Source: Alphaproteobacteria bacterium
Lineage (GTDB): Bacteria; Pseudomonadota; Alphaproteobacteria; RF32; CAG-239
DNA: 64,000 nucleotides
Reading direction: 5' to 3'
NCBI GenBank assembly: GCA_045603405.1
Contig: JAZUMA010000030.1
Location: 3,744 to 67,743, forward strand
The first letter of the stretch is position 1, and each line of letters begins with the position of its first letter. The position numbers and the translations under genes are program-made. The notes below the pieces were generated by a model that had not been told where the DNA came from, searched no databases, and worked only from the letters and a program-made list of their open reading frames with translations. Positions 53,031-64,000 of the stretch are shown one piece after another.

Positions 53031-53996
53031 ATGGCAAACGAAAATTTATTTCAAATTGAACGTCGATTTATTGATGCTGTGCAGCCAAAACAGGTATGTT
53101 CAATACAGGGAATGACACCTGAAATAGTTAAACAAAGGTTGTTTGAAGTGCAAAGTGAATTTGCGGATATGTCTGATATTTTTTATCAACAAGTAGAAAT
53201 TGAAGTAAACAATGGGCGAAAAATGCCGGTTTTGATTATATCTCCACGAAAATTTATTGGTGATTTGGGGATGATTTATTTTATTCATGGAGAAAATTGG
53301 CTTATAGGTGACATTTTAACCCATCGCCGATTAATTCATTTGTTGGCAACAGAAATACCGGCAGTGATTGTTGTGCCACTTTATCAATTGTCTTCGGAAT
53401 GGCACTTTCCATATGTTTTGGATGATCTATACAAAGGTTTGCAGTTTGTTGTTCGGTATAGGAAAGATTATGGCGCTAATAATAAACGATTGGCAATAAT
53501 GGGTGATAGTTTTGGAGGTAACTTGGCCGCGGTGTTGACTTTTATGGCTAAAGAAAATGGTTTTGTGCCGAGTATAGCTTTACAAGTTCTTTTGTATCCA
53601 GTAACTGCGGCTGATTTTAATACTGAATCGTATATAAACTTTGCAGAAGGTCCATGGCTCACTCGGGATGCAATGCAATGGTTTTGGGATATGTATTTAC
53701 CGGATAAAGAGAAGAGATATCGTAAAGAATCCAGTCCGCTTAATGCTTTTGTTGATGAATTGTCTTGTTTGCCGTCTGCATTAGTCATTACGGCAGAAAA
53801 TGATGTCTTGCGCGATGAAGGAGAGGCTTATGCCAGAAGGCTTGATGAAGCCGGTGTGCCAGTTGTTTCGGTGCGCTTTAACGGGACATTGCATGATTTT
53901 ATGATGCTTAATGCTCTAGAAGATACGCCGGCAACGCAAGCTGCTTTGGCTTTAACAGTCAGCCAATTAAGACAATTTTTGTATAATAGAAAATAA
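53031..53996 (+). CDS. Alpha/beta hydrolase, hormone-sensitive-lipase (Abhydrolase_3) family esterase
   Basis: GDSFGGNLA nucleophile elbow, ENDVLRDEG and GTLHDF. The oxyanion motif reads HGEN instead of HGGG. GGAGGAG RBS before the ATG at 53031. Confidence 0.7.
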   Translation: MANENLFQIERRFIDAVQPKQVCSIQGMTPEIVKQRLFEVQSEFADMSDIFYQQVEIEVNNGRKMPVLIISPRKFIGDLGMIYFIHGENWLIGDILTHRRLIHLLATEIPAVIVVPLYQLSSEWHFPYVLDDLYKGLQFVVRYRKDYGANNKRLAIMGDSFGGNLAAVLTFMAKENGFVPSIALQVLLYPVTAADFNTESYINFAEGPWLTRDAMQWFWDMYLPDKEKRYRKESSPLNAFVDELSCLPSALVITAENDVLRDEGEAYARRLDEAGVPVVSVRFNGTLHDFMMLNALEDTPATQAALALTVSQLRQFLYNRK

Positions 53997-54085
53997 ATAG
54001 TTTATTTTTGATATAACTTATTGATTTTTCTTTTTTGTGGATTTATGTTAATTTCAATATTTTATAATTATGTAAATTTTTAGGT

Positions 54086-54472
54086 ATGAAAAAAGTAAAA
54101 AAATTTTTCTCCCCACTTTTGCAGATTGTAACAAAGTTTTGTTACATATTTTTGCTGATGGGGATAGTGTTGTTTTTTGTGGCAGCTGTGCTTGGTTTTA
54201 AGGGCAGGTTGTCACCTATACTGCTTTCTTTTTCGTTGGTAATTTCTTGTGCATTGTATATTAAAGATATGGTGTTTGGGAAATGCTCATCTTTTAAAGT
54301 AGCAAGCTGGTTCTTTTGGCTACTCAGTGTGTTGACGGCATTGCTTTATAGCCTAAATTTAGAAACGCAATCAGCTGCATTTGTATTAGTTATTGCAGGG
54401 ATATGGGTCTTTTTTAAGGTGTTGAACTACATTAATGAGTATATAACAAGAGATGCAGAACAAAGATTGTAA
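54086..54472 (+). CDS. Small membrane protein, 128 aa (4 TM segments)
   Basis: Hydrophobic profile. A terminator hairpin follows at about 54482-54530. Confidence 0.4.
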   Translation: MKKVKKFFSPLLQIVTKFCYIFLLMGIVLFFVAAVLGFKGRLSPILLSFSLVISCALYIKDMVFGKCSSFKVASWFFWLLSVLTALLYSLNLETQSAAFVLVIAGIWVFFKVLNYINEYITRDAEQRL

Positions 54473-54578
54473 TGAAAAAATAATTCCTCATCGAGTGTTA
54501 AAACCATTCAATGAGGATTTTTTTTGCCGATTTTTGTTGCAAGATAGGGGAAAGTATGATAATATTTAGGTGTAAAAA

Positions 54579-55592
54579 ATGAAATGTTTGGAGTTTGGTG
54601 CAATGGCAAGCTTTTCTGAAGACTTTCTTCGCTTTTTAAAAGCGAACTTTCCGGATGATTATCGCCGCGCTTCGGTAGATGATGTGAAAGAGGATGTTGT
54701 TAATGCGATTACATCTCGTTATGCGCATAGATATAGTCTTTGGCAGCAAATTCCGGAATGGGTTAAGAATCGCTATGCAGATCGTATTCCAACAGATGTG
54801 TTGAATGGTAATGAATCTCCTCAAATGTTGGTACAGAAGGAATTAGGGTATTATACCGAGAAACCTAAAATTGATGATTCAGTCGATATCGGAGTTTCTT
54901 TATTGGCAGCCGGTTATTCTGCCGCAGTGACAGCACAGCTTGCCGAACAGAGAGCTGTGCGAGCAAAATTACTTGCTGAAAGCGGTGGCGGTTTAATCTC
55001 CCAAGAATTATTGGCATTGTTGCTCGAAAGCAGGCAGAAAGATGTTTCTGCGATTATGACTGATTGGAAGGATAATCAACAAGAAAAATATTTGTTGCAT
55101 ATAGCTAAAACATTGAGCCGCGAAAAAAAGCGGTTGGAGCATATAAGTGAGCCGGCCAAACAGCAGGAAGCAAAAATGGAAATCGCTGCTTTAGAGCGCG
55201 AAATGAAAACAGTAGCACAGGCACTTAATGAAAAAGAAAAAGCTGAAAATATGGTTAGCTATTTGCGGCAACCGGCACAACAGGCTGCTTTGTACCATAT
55301 GGAGCCGGAAGTTTTGGAATTGTTTAAAAAATTTGTAAAAAAAGAGGGAATCAAGATAGAGCCAAATAAAGAAAGGACGCCGCAGCTAGAACTTGGAAAC
55401 ATGAGCTTAACGGCCAGTTTGCGTAATGATTTTAATCGGATGGTCGAGAGCCATTCTATTCTTTCAGATGCGGCGAAACGCGAGGCTGTTTTGAAGCGAA
55501 TCGTTCCGGAAAAGGTACTTGAAAAGGGTGGAGATGCCGTTGCTAAAGTAGTAAGTATGAGGCGAAGTACGCATAAACAGCAAACAGCATAA
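54579..55592 (+). CDS. Hypothetical protein, 337 aa, helical
   Basis: Long ORF with no family recognised. The start may be the internal MASFSEDF. Confidence 0.45.
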   Translation: MKCLEFGAMASFSEDFLRFLKANFPDDYRRASVDDVKEDVVNAITSRYAHRYSLWQQIPEWVKNRYADRIPTDVLNGNESPQMLVQKELGYYTEKPKIDDSVDIGVSLLAAGYSAAVTAQLAEQRAVRAKLLAESGGGLISQELLALLLESRQKDVSAIMTDWKDNQQEKYLLHIAKTLSREKKRLEHISEPAKQQEAKMEIAALEREMKTVAQALNEKEKAENMVSYLRQPAQQAALYHMEPEVLELFKKFVKKEGIKIEPNKERTPQLELGNMSLTASLRNDFNRMVESHSILSDAAKREAVLKRIVPEKVLEKGGDAVAKVVSMRRSTHKQQTA

Positions 55593-55599
55593 AAAATAA

Positions 55600-55625
55600 A
55601 GAGAGGTGTTCGACCTCTCTTTTAG
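55600..55625. terminator. Bidirectional hairpin between convergent genes
   Basis: AGAGAGGT-GTTCG-ACCTCTCT flanked by A and T runs. Confidence 0.6.
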
Positions 55626-55665
55626 TCTTATCCGAGTTATAACTCAGAGTATATTCTTAAAAAGG

Positions 55666-56073
55666 TTATAAGGCAACACAAGCATTGCCTTTGTATTGCC
55701 AGGCGGTGACAATGTTGTGTTTGAGATAAAATTTAGTTTGGCAATATTCGGTGATTGTTTCTCCCATGAAATTACCATCAGGTATGGCATTGCCTCCGTA
55801 GGTAAACGGATAAAACATTTCATCTTCGGTTAGAAATCCGGTACCGTAATAGTAGTTTGGATCAGGTAAGACTTGCTTGTTGAGGCTGACATAAGTTAAA
55901 ATTTCTTCGCCATCTGCTAGTTGTTTGGTGTGTTGAGGTTGTCCCCATGATGAAATCAGTTGTTGTTCGGTTTTTCCAATGTAGGTGTTTAGCTTTGTTT
56001 CATAATGTTGGCTTGTGGCACAGGCAAATAAGCTTGTACAAAGTATGATTGCGGTTAACAGTTTTGTTTTCAT
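55666..56073 (-). CDS. Lipoprotein, 135 aa
   Basis: Signal peptide with lipobox SLFAC. Confidence 0.55.
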   Translation of the reverse strand: MKTKLLTAIILCTSLFACATSQHYETKLNTYIGKTEQQLISSWGQPQHTKQLADGEEILTYVSLNKQVLPDPNYYYGTGFLTEDEMFYPFTYGGNAIPDGNFMGETITEYCQTKFYLKHNIVTAWQYKGNACVAL

Positions 56074-56124
56074 ATATCCTCCTTTTTTAGGAATATATGT
56101 TTATTTTGTGGAATTTCAAGATGA

Positions 56125-57258
56125 TTAGTTTTTTAATTCTCGGTCTCGGTTGGCATAAAAAGATAGCATGATGCCGAAACTTGCCATAACTGATAAAATT
56201 ACCGTTCCACCATAGCTGATCAGAGGTAAGGGGATGCCGACAACCGGTAGTAAGCCGGTTACCATGGCAATATTGATAAAGACATATAAAAAGTAATTGG
56301 TATTTAGTCCTAAAATGACCATCTTGCCAAAGTAGTTGCTGTTATGTATGCGGAAAGCAAACCAATAGCCGTAACTGATGAGAACAAGATTTAAGAATAA
56401 AATTAAAGCTCCGCCCATCATACCGAATTCTTCGGAAAATGTAGTGAAAATAAAATCTGTGTGCGGTTCCGGTAGGAAGCGAAGATGACTCTGTGTGCCG
56501 GATAAAAAACCTTTACCCCATAAACCACCGGAGCCTAGGGCAATTTTGGCTTGAATAATATGATAACCGGTATTTAACGGGTCACGCTCCGGATCTAAAA
56601 ATGTCAGGATACGATTTTTTTGATAGTCGTGTAAAAAGTGCCATAATACGGGCATGGCGGCAACGGCAGCCCCAATAGCCAGGGCAAATTTCCACCATTG
56701 GACACCGGCTAAATAAAACAGGGCAACGGTGCAAAAAAGAATCATCAAAGAAGTGCCCAAGTCCGGCTGTATCATGATGAAGGCAACGGGAACGGCAACT
56801 AGTATTGTCGGAATAATTATGCCTTTAATACTACGGATACTTTCTAATGAAACTTGATTAAAATATTTTGCAAGTTCTAAGACAATTGCTATTTTCATTA
56901 ATTCTGATGGCTGGAGATTAAAAAAGCCTAAATTTATCCAACGTTGTGCACCCATGCCGATATGGCCGATGGCATCGACAAGAATTAGTAGAATTAGAGT
57001 AAAGATATAAAAAGGAGTAGCTATTTTGTAATAAAATTCCGGCGGTACGAGTGCTGCTGCTAACATGATGATAAAGCCGATGCCAAAACGGACGGCTTGA
57101 TTTAATGCCCAGGGATACAACCGTCCGCCAGCAACGGAATACAATGTAGCGCAACCAATTAAGGCTAGGATAGCTATGATGGCAATAAAGATAAAATTTA
57201 GATTGGTAAATCGCTCTCTTAGTGTCAGATCTTGATTTTGATTTAATATGATACTCAT
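56125..57258 (-). CDS. mrdB: Peptidoglycan glycosyltransferase RodA (SEDS family)
   Basis: FtsW/RodA profile (QPSELMK, SGGLWGKG) immediately downstream of mrdA. Confidence 0.88.
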   Translation of the reverse strand: MSIILNQNQDLTLRERFTNLNFIFIAIIAILALIGCATLYSVAGGRLYPWALNQAVRFGIGFIIMLAAALVPPEFYYKIATPFYIFTLILLILVDAIGHIGMGAQRWINLGFFNLQPSELMKIAIVLELAKYFNQVSLESIRSIKGIIIPTILVAVPVAFIMIQPDLGTSLMILFCTVALFYLAGVQWWKFALAIGAAVAAMPVLWHFLHDYQKNRILTFLDPERDPLNTGYHIIQAKIALGSGGLWGKGFLSGTQSHLRFLPEPHTDFIFTTFSEEFGMMGGALILFLNLVLISYGYWFAFRIHNSNYFGKMVILGLNTNYFLYVFINIAMVTGLLPVVGIPLPLISYGGTVILSVMASFGIMLSFYANRDRELKN

Positions 57259-57264
57259 TTTTTT

Positions 57265-59085
57265 CTACCTGATGTCTAATTTTATAGCTTCTTCTAAAAT
57301 TTTAGCGGCAATAGGGGCTGCTACACCGGAACCGGAACGTCCATGCTCAACAATGACCGCTATGGCATATTTAGGATTGTCATGCGGGGCATAGGCCATA
57401 AACCAAGCGTGGTTACGCCATTTCCAGGGTAAATCTTCGTCACGCCTAATACCTTGTGCACGTTCTTTTAAGGAAATGCGGCGGACTTGAGTGGTACCGG
57501 TTTTGCCGCCCATTTTTATATCTTTTAACTTTAGTTTAGCGCGAGTGGCTGTGCCACCGATGCCATTAACAACTTCAAACATGCCTTGTTTTACTATTTC
57601 CAAATTTTTAGGATTAATATTTAATTTTTTAGGTGTCGGAGGATTATCTTGTTTGATGAATGTCGGAAATATTTCATATCCGCCATTAACAACTCTGGAT
57701 AGCATGGTTACCAATTGTATCGGAGTTACCAAGACATATCCTTGTCCGATACCGGCAATAACCGTTTCACCTTTTTGCCAAGGTTGTTTCAGTTTTTCTT
57801 GCTTCCATTGTTTGTCAGGAATAACGCCCTGTTTTTGGTTTTCCAACCCTAAATCATAGGTTTGTCCCAAACCTAAGCGTCGACTCATCATAGCAATCTT
57901 TTCAATGCCTAATTTCATTGCTGTTTCATAAAAAAAGATATCACAAGAGTGTTTAATTGCTTCAATTACATTTAAATGACCATGTCCGCTATGGCGCCAG
58001 CAATGGAAGAAATGATTGCCTAATTGCATTTTTCCGGAGCAGAATGATTTTGTTTGCTGAGTAATGGTCCCTGCTTCTAAAGCTGCTAAGGCAACGACAA
58101 TTTTAAAGGTTGAGCCCGGGGAGTATTGACCGGATATAGCCTTATCCGTCATTGGTGTTTTTTCGTCATTAATCAGTTTTTGCCAGTTAGGAACAGAAAT
58201 GCCATCTACAAATAAATTAGGATCAAATGAAGGAACAGAAACAAAAGCTAATATTTCTCCGCTATGAACATCAAGAACAACGGCGGCACCTGATTCTTCA
58301 CCGAAGGCTTCATAAGCAACTTTTTGTAAACGAATGTCTATGGTTAAGTCTAAATCTTTTCCTTTGATACCATCTTTTTTTTCTATTTCGCGGATAATAC
58401 GGCCATAAGCGTTAATCTCGTAAGTTTGGCTACCTTCTGTACCACGCAAAGTTTGGTCATATGTTTTTTCAAAACCGGATTTGCCGATTTTAAATCCGGG
58501 GACTTGTAGAAGCGGGGCATCTGAGTTTTGCAAATCTGTTTCGGATACAGAGCCGACGTAACCTAACGGATGGGCCGTGTATTGTTTATAAGGATAATAT
58601 CTGATCAGACCTTCATCGATAATAAGCCCCGGGAAACGGTTATTATTGAGCATCAGAGTAGCCACTTCTTCCCACGAGAGATTATCTTTTATTTTGACAG
58701 GAACAAAACGACGATGGTGGGAAATATCTTTTTTTATGCGGTTTATTGTATCGTCATCCAATTGCAGTATGTGTGCCAGTTCGGGTAAAAGTTTTTCGAT
58801 GTTACGACTTTGTTCGGGAATGAGCATAGCTTGAAAATTTTGAATATTGACTGCTAATTCTATACCGTTGCGGTCATTAATTGAGCCACGCGGTGGAACG
58901 GTTAGACGCTTAGATGTACGGTTGCTGTCTGATAAGAGAGCATATTTTTCGCCTTGGTAAATTTGCAAAAAATATAGTCGACCTAATAAAACAAACAGCA
59001 GTAATATGTTGATGCTGAACATAAAAAGGGAACGCTTGAGAAGATAGCGTAATTTATGGTTCGATTTTTTCATAGCGCTCCTCAA
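57265..59085 (-). CDS. mrdA: Penicillin-binding protein 2 (elongasome transpeptidase)
   Basis: SPGSTFK, SCD and KTGT(T) motifs. The start may be the ATG at 59073. Confidence 0.88.
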   Translation of the reverse strand: MRSAMKKSNHKLRYLLKRSLFMFSINILLLFVLLGRLYFLQIYQGEKYALLSDSNRTSKRLTVPPRGSINDRNGIELAVNIQNFQAMLIPEQSRNIEKLLPELAHILQLDDDTINRIKKDISHHRRFVPVKIKDNLSWEEVATLMLNNNRFPGLIIDEGLIRYYPYKQYTAHPLGYVGSVSETDLQNSDAPLLQVPGFKIGKSGFEKTYDQTLRGTEGSQTYEINAYGRIIREIEKKDGIKGKDLDLTIDIRLQKVAYEAFGEESGAAVVLDVHSGEILAFVSVPSFDPNLFVDGISVPNWQKLINDEKTPMTDKAISGQYSPGSTFKIVVALAALEAGTITQQTKSFCSGKMQLGNHFFHCWRHSGHGHLNVIEAIKHSCDIFFYETAMKLGIEKIAMMSRRLGLGQTYDLGLENQKQGVIPDKQWKQEKLKQPWQKGETVIAGIGQGYVLVTPIQLVTMLSRVVNGGYEIFPTFIKQDNPPTPKKLNINPKNLEIVKQGMFEVVNGIGGTATRAKLKLKDIKMGGKTGTTQVRRISLKERAQGIRRDEDLPWKWRNHAWFMAYAPHDNPKYAIAVIVEHGRSGSGVAAPIAAKILEEAIKLDIR

Positions 59086-59593
59086 GATGGATGTATCTTC
59101 TTTCTATCCAAATGTAAATACGGGCAAGTAACGGATATAATGCAAAGATAAGAAGTAATTCTATTCCTATTAATACAATAGAGATAAGGTGGCGTGATGT
59201 GATACTGCTTATCAGCATTTTAAAAAACATAGTCATTATTAAAGCTGCACCGAATAATAGCCAAGAGTATGAAAATTTTTTGATGTTGAAACGTAAGGAT
59301 AATTGTGAAGAAATAATGTATAAAAATAAGAAGGTCATAACATTTATACCGAGATGTGTACCTTCGCAGATATCTGCTAAAATGCCAAGCAGAAAAGCAG
59401 AAAAAATATTAAATATATCCGGACGCTGGCTTTGCCAAAAATAAATTCCGGCATAAAAAGGTGCCAAACGCAGAAAATTCCAATAGCTGTTTGTACGGGG
59501 AATGTAAAAAAGTAAAACTAAGACGATAATGCTAATGAGAGGGATGAAGAAATTAGTCATTGCTAAGGTGAAGTTTTTTATACTGTTTCTCAT
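59054..59593 (-). CDS. mreD: Rod shape-determining protein MreD
   Basis: Small polytopic protein between mreC and mrdA. Confidence 0.7.
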   Translation of the reverse strand: MRNSIKNFTLAMTNFFIPLISIIVLVLLFYIPRTNSYWNFLRLAPFYAGIYFWQSQRPDIFNIFSAFLLGILADICEGTHLGINVMTFLFLYIISSQLSLRFNIKKFSYSWLLFGAALIMTMFFKMLISSITSRHLISIVLIGIELLLIFALYPLLARIYIWIERRYIHLEERYEKIEP

Positions 59594-60453
59594 TTCAGCT
59601 CCTCAAGCGTTTCCGGTGAGGGATTATCTTCATAGAAGAGTATTTTTACAATTTCTATTTCTGAGGCTTTAAATAATGGAGCAGCGGTAATTGTTTCCAA
59701 TTCAATTGATTGAATGCGAGCAACAGGAATATCAGGCGGTAAGCCGCCACCGGCGCCTGAGGTTACTAATAAATCTCCTTTTTGTAGTTCTGCCATTAAC
59801 GGAGCAAAAATTAATTTAAGTTTGGCTGTATTATCACCAATCAAAATACCTTTATCGCGGCTTTTTTGTGATATAACCGGAATTTTTGAGTTAATGTCGG
59901 TAATTAATGTTACTCTGGCGTATTTACCGCTGACAGTATCTATGCGTCCGATTAGACCATGAGAATCAACAACAGGATATCCAGGTTTTATTTCAGAAGC
60001 ATTGTTACCGAGGTAAAGAATCAAAGTATTTGCAAATGCATTACCTGTTTCTGCAATGACATGCGCCGTGTGGGATTTTATTTGCGGCAGGTCGTAATGA
60101 TGCAAGAGTTTTTTTAATATCTTATTTTCTGCTTTAATGGCTTTCATGCGGTCTTTTAGCAAAAATAATTGCTCATTTTCTTTTTTTAAGCGGGTGTTTT
60201 CTTGGTAAACATTTAAAATGTCCGATGTCTTCTTATAAGCTAAACTGATGCCTTCGGCCGGTAGGGTAACTATATGGATTAACGGTGAGGTAATATAAAA
60301 AATGCCTTTGGATACACCGGATATAACCCCTAAATCAACTTTATGAACTAAAATTAACAGCAGGGCTATGACAAAAAGCCCTGCCATCATAAAGTTTTTT
60401 AAAACACGCAGTACATAATTTTCTTTTATGAATAAAACCCTTTGGCGTTTCAT
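59590..60453 (-). CDS. mreC: Rod shape-determining protein MreC
   Basis: N-terminal TM, coiled coil (ENTRLKKENEQL), and beta domains with GLIGRI and TSGAGGGLPPDIPVA. Confidence 0.85.
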   Translation of the reverse strand: MKRQRVLFIKENYVLRVLKNFMMAGLFVIALLLILVHKVDLGVISGVSKGIFYITSPLIHIVTLPAEGISLAYKKTSDILNVYQENTRLKKENEQLFLLKDRMKAIKAENKILKKLLHHYDLPQIKSHTAHVIAETGNAFANTLILYLGNNASEIKPGYPVVDSHGLIGRIDTVSGKYARVTLITDINSKIPVISQKSRDKGILIGDNTAKLKLIFAPLMAELQKGDLLVTSGAGGGLPPDIPVARIQSIELETITAAPLFKASEIEIVKILFYEDNPSPETLEELK

Positions 60454-60473
60454 CTGTTGCTCCTAAGGTATTT

Positions 60474-61535
<1,062 letters not shown>

Positions 61536-61576
61536 TTACTATCTTTTAAGTATAAATCATTTATTTTGCAAGTATT

Positions 61577-62506
61577 TTATAGCGCTTTTTTTATATCATC
61601 AACAAAATTTTTGTTTTCTTTGGTATAATCGGTGTAACAAAAATCAGGATTAAATCGGTTATTAAACCAAGTTGTTTGTCTTTTGGCGTATTGCCGTGTG
61701 TGTAATTTGGCGGCTTCAACGGCTGCGTCAAGGGAGCATTTGTTTTGCAAATAAGACTTTAATTCTTGTACGCCTAAAGCACGCATGGCTGGAAGGGAAT
61801 CTGATAAATTTCGGTTTATTAGAGCTTGTACTTCATCAAGTGCGCCTTGTTTAACCATGATATCAAAACGTGTGCGAGCTTTTATATCAAGAATTTCTCG
61901 CGGTGGGTTAATATATATGCGGACAAATTCATCCGGGGCAAAATGTTTAATCATAGGAATAGATTGCCAGTAACTCATGGTTTTGCCGGTATGTAGAAAA
62001 ACCTCCAATGCTCGGCGGATACGCGTGGTATCATTCGGACTTAAACGTTCGGCTGTCAGAGGATCTATTTTTTTTAGTTCTTGATAAAGATAATCTAAGC
62101 CTTTTTGCTGGTATGTTTCAGAGACTTTTTTGCGAATATCTTTTGGTGTTTCAGGTATAGGGGTTGAGCCTTTTTCTAATGTTTCAATGTATAATCCTGT
62201 GCCGCCGACAATAATGGGTAATTTGTTTTGTTGTTGTGCTAATTGAATTTCTTTTTTTGCCAAATTAAGCCAATCAACCATATTACCATGGACTGATGCA
62301 TCATAAATGCCGTAAAGTTTATGCGGAATAAGTTTTTGTTCATCTTCAGTCGGTGCGGCTGAAAGAATAGGAATATCTTTATAAACCTGCATCGAATCGG
62401 CATTGATTATAATACCGTTTAAGTTTTCGGCTAAAGTAAGGGCCATACCGGATTTGCCAGAGGCTGTAGGTCCGGCGATGATTATTATTTTTTGAGCGGA
62501 CGGCAT
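61577..62506 (-). CDS. miaA: tRNA dimethylallyltransferase
   Basis: GPTASGKS P-loop and NADSMQVYKD motif. Confidence 0.9.
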   Translation of the reverse strand: MPSAQKIIIIAGPTASGKSGMALTLAENLNGIIINADSMQVYKDIPILSAAPTEDEQKLIPHKLYGIYDASVHGNMVDWLNLAKKEIQLAQQQNKLPIIVGGTGLYIETLEKGSTPIPETPKDIRKKVSETYQQKGLDYLYQELKKIDPLTAERLSPNDTTRIRRALEVFLHTGKTMSYWQSIPMIKHFAPDEFVRIYINPPREILDIKARTRFDIMVKQGALDEVQALINRNLSDSLPAMRALGVQELKSYLQNKCSLDAAVEAAKLHTRQYAKRQTTWFNNRFNPDFCYTDYTKENKNFVDDIKKAL

Positions 62507-63399
62507 GCGGCTTCCTCAACAAGATTTGCACAAAGATCTTCATATGAAATGCCAATGTATTTTGCCTGTTCCGGAACAAGTGACAAAGCTGTCATTCCAG
62601 GATGAGTGTTTATTTCCAAGAAAACGACTCCATCTTCAGGATTATAACGAAAATCTGAACGTGAAACAGTTTTGCAACCTAATTTAGTGTGCATCATTTC
62701 TGCATAAGACAGACAAGTTTGGGTAACTTCTTGCGGTAAATCTGCCGGGATAATATGACGCGTTTTGCCGGAAGTGTACTTATGTTCGTAATCGTAAAAA
62801 CCATCGTCTGCCTTGAGTTCGGTTACAACATGTGATTTGCCTTTATAGCACATGACAGTCAACTCTCTGCCGGGGATGTATTTTTCTATTAATAGTTCTG
62901 TTTTAGGATCGTTGTAACGAATTTTAAAAATATCTTCCGGATTTTCTACAATGAATACACCGACGGAAGAGCCATCAGAAACAGGTTTTACTACAAACGG
63001 TCTGGCTAAAGAAGGGCCGTTGGCTATAAATTCTTTAGCGGTCATCTTACGAGAAAGAGCGGTTTTGACATTGGCATTTTCCGCAATTAATTTGGTCAGA
63101 TATTTGTTCATGCCGATAGATGAAGCGCGCATGCCGGAATGTGTATAGGGTATTTGCAATAAATCGAGTAATGCCGGAATTGTGCCATCTTCTCCCCAGT
63201 TGCCATGCAGAGCATTAAAAACGACATCAGGCTTATGATCATTTAAGGCGGTAATTAATTTGTTGGTGTCGGTTAAATTATGTGAGATAACTTTATATCC
63301 TTTGTGTTTAAGGGCTTTAATGACATTTTTTCCGCTATCTAGACTGACTTCTCTTTCGGAAGAAAAGCCCCCCATTAAAACCATTACTTTTTTTGCCAT
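62485..63399 (-). CDS. ddl: D-alanine--D-alanine ligase
   Basis: MGGFSSEREVSL, HGNWGEDGT and EINTHPGMT motifs. Confidence 0.9.
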   Translation of the reverse strand: MAKKVMVLMGGFSSEREVSLDSGKNVIKALKHKGYKVISHNLTDTNKLITALNDHKPDVVFNALHGNWGEDGTIPALLDLLQIPYTHSGMRASSIGMNKYLTKLIAENANVKTALSRKMTAKEFIANGPSLARPFVVKPVSDGSSVGVFIVENPEDIFKIRYNDPKTELLIEKYIPGRELTVMCYKGKSHVVTELKADDGFYDYEHKYTSGKTRHIIPADLPQEVTQTCLSYAEMMHTKLGCKTVSRSDFRYNPEDGVVFLEINTHPGMTALSLVPEQAKYIGISYEDLCANLVEEAACRPLKK

Positions 63400-63477
63400 T
63401 TGTTAACTCCTTGTTGCATATTTTTCTTTTTCTGTTATAGAGATTTTATTGGTAAAAATTTAAGAAAGGTTAAAATT

Positions 63478-64000
63478 TTGAGCAAAAAAATATTTTTATT
63501 TTTATGCTTACTATGTTGGGCTAAGGTTACGGTTGCCTTGAATGTCAGGCAACATATGTTAGTGCAATTGGGTATTTTTGATGCAGCAGAAATTGATTTA
63601 TTTTATACGTTTGATAAAAACAGCTTTGATATTAAGGCAAATGTGGTGACAACGCATATCTTTGATACGCTTTACCCTTTTATTGCCAGCTATGAGGCTA
63701 AAGGAAACTTAATTGAAGATGCGCTTTTGCCTGTATCTTATAATGCATATAGTAAAACGAGGAATCATGTACGAACCAATCAAATTTTTTATAATGAGCG
63801 AGGGGTTGCTTATAAGCGTATTTCCGTGAAAGATCAAAGGAAAAAAGAAAAAGCGATTACAGATGTGCCACCAACAGCTGATGTTGCAGATTTGCAGAGT
63901 GTTTTTGCCGATTTTATTCTTTTTTATAAAAATCAACAGAGTTGTGAAATGAGCAAAGAAATTTATGATGGTAAAAAACATTATAAGATTTTTGGTAAAA
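63478..64000 (+). CDS. 5' part of a secreted DUF3108-like protein, running off the right edge
   Basis: The frame is open from TTG 63478 to the window end. It has a signal peptide SKKIFLFLCLLCWAKVTVA and a YDGKKHYKI pattern. It is absent from the ORF track because there is no stop in the window. Confidence 0.45.
   Translation, partial: MSKKIFLFLCLLCWAKVTVALNVRQHMLVQLGIFDAAEIDLFYTFDKNSFDIKANVVTTHIFDTLYPFIASYEAKGNLIEDALLPVSYNAYSKTRNHVRTNQIFYNERGVAYKRISVKDQRKKEKAITDVPPTADVADLQSVFADFILFYKNQQSCEMSKEIYDGKKHYKIFGK

Overview
AT-rich bacterial chromosome segment (GC not computed). It looks alphaproteobacterial: a circularly permuted two-piece tmRNA, an alpha-type SspB, a DUF1013 protein, and the runs miaB-ybeZ-ybeY-lnt and XRE-trmB. 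The many orphan and secreted genes suggest a host-associated lineage, but that is inference. Housekeeping content: folD, yggU/yggT, miaB, ybeZ, ybeY, lnt, trmB, secY, rpsM-rpsK-rpoA, ybaK, efp, a suhB-like gene, rpmE, an NfeD-SPFH pair, an MFS transporter, glgB-glgX-malQ, sspB, yejEF, tRNA-Arg(CCT), and ddl-miaA-mreBCD-mrdA-rodA. No transposase, integrase, cas gene or canonical defence or toxin-antitoxin module was recognised. The items most worth a second look are listed here. (1) A 4.4 kb block of four minus-strand orphan genes sits between secY and rpsM, where adk normally lies. It includes a KH-domain gene interrupted by one in-frame TAA, followed by 124 stop-free and start-free codons, and a DHH-motif protein. 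(2) A 509-aa orphan carries three RelA/SpoT-like motifs in the canonical order. (3) A GC-rich, GGA-rich 360-nt spacer holds four copies of a small hairpin presenting UGGAGAG. It lies next to one of two copies of a ~110-nt palindromic element family. (4) A two-piece tmRNA (tag ANDNFAPVAVAA) lies directly upstream of sspB and is missed by the ORF track. (5) The SuhB-like protein has substituted metal ligands. (6) A DUF1013 domain is fused to a histone-H1-like K/A repeat tail. (7) A 25-nt duplicate of the tRNA-Arg 3' end resembles an att scar. All functional calls rest on reading motifs by eye; no searches were run.
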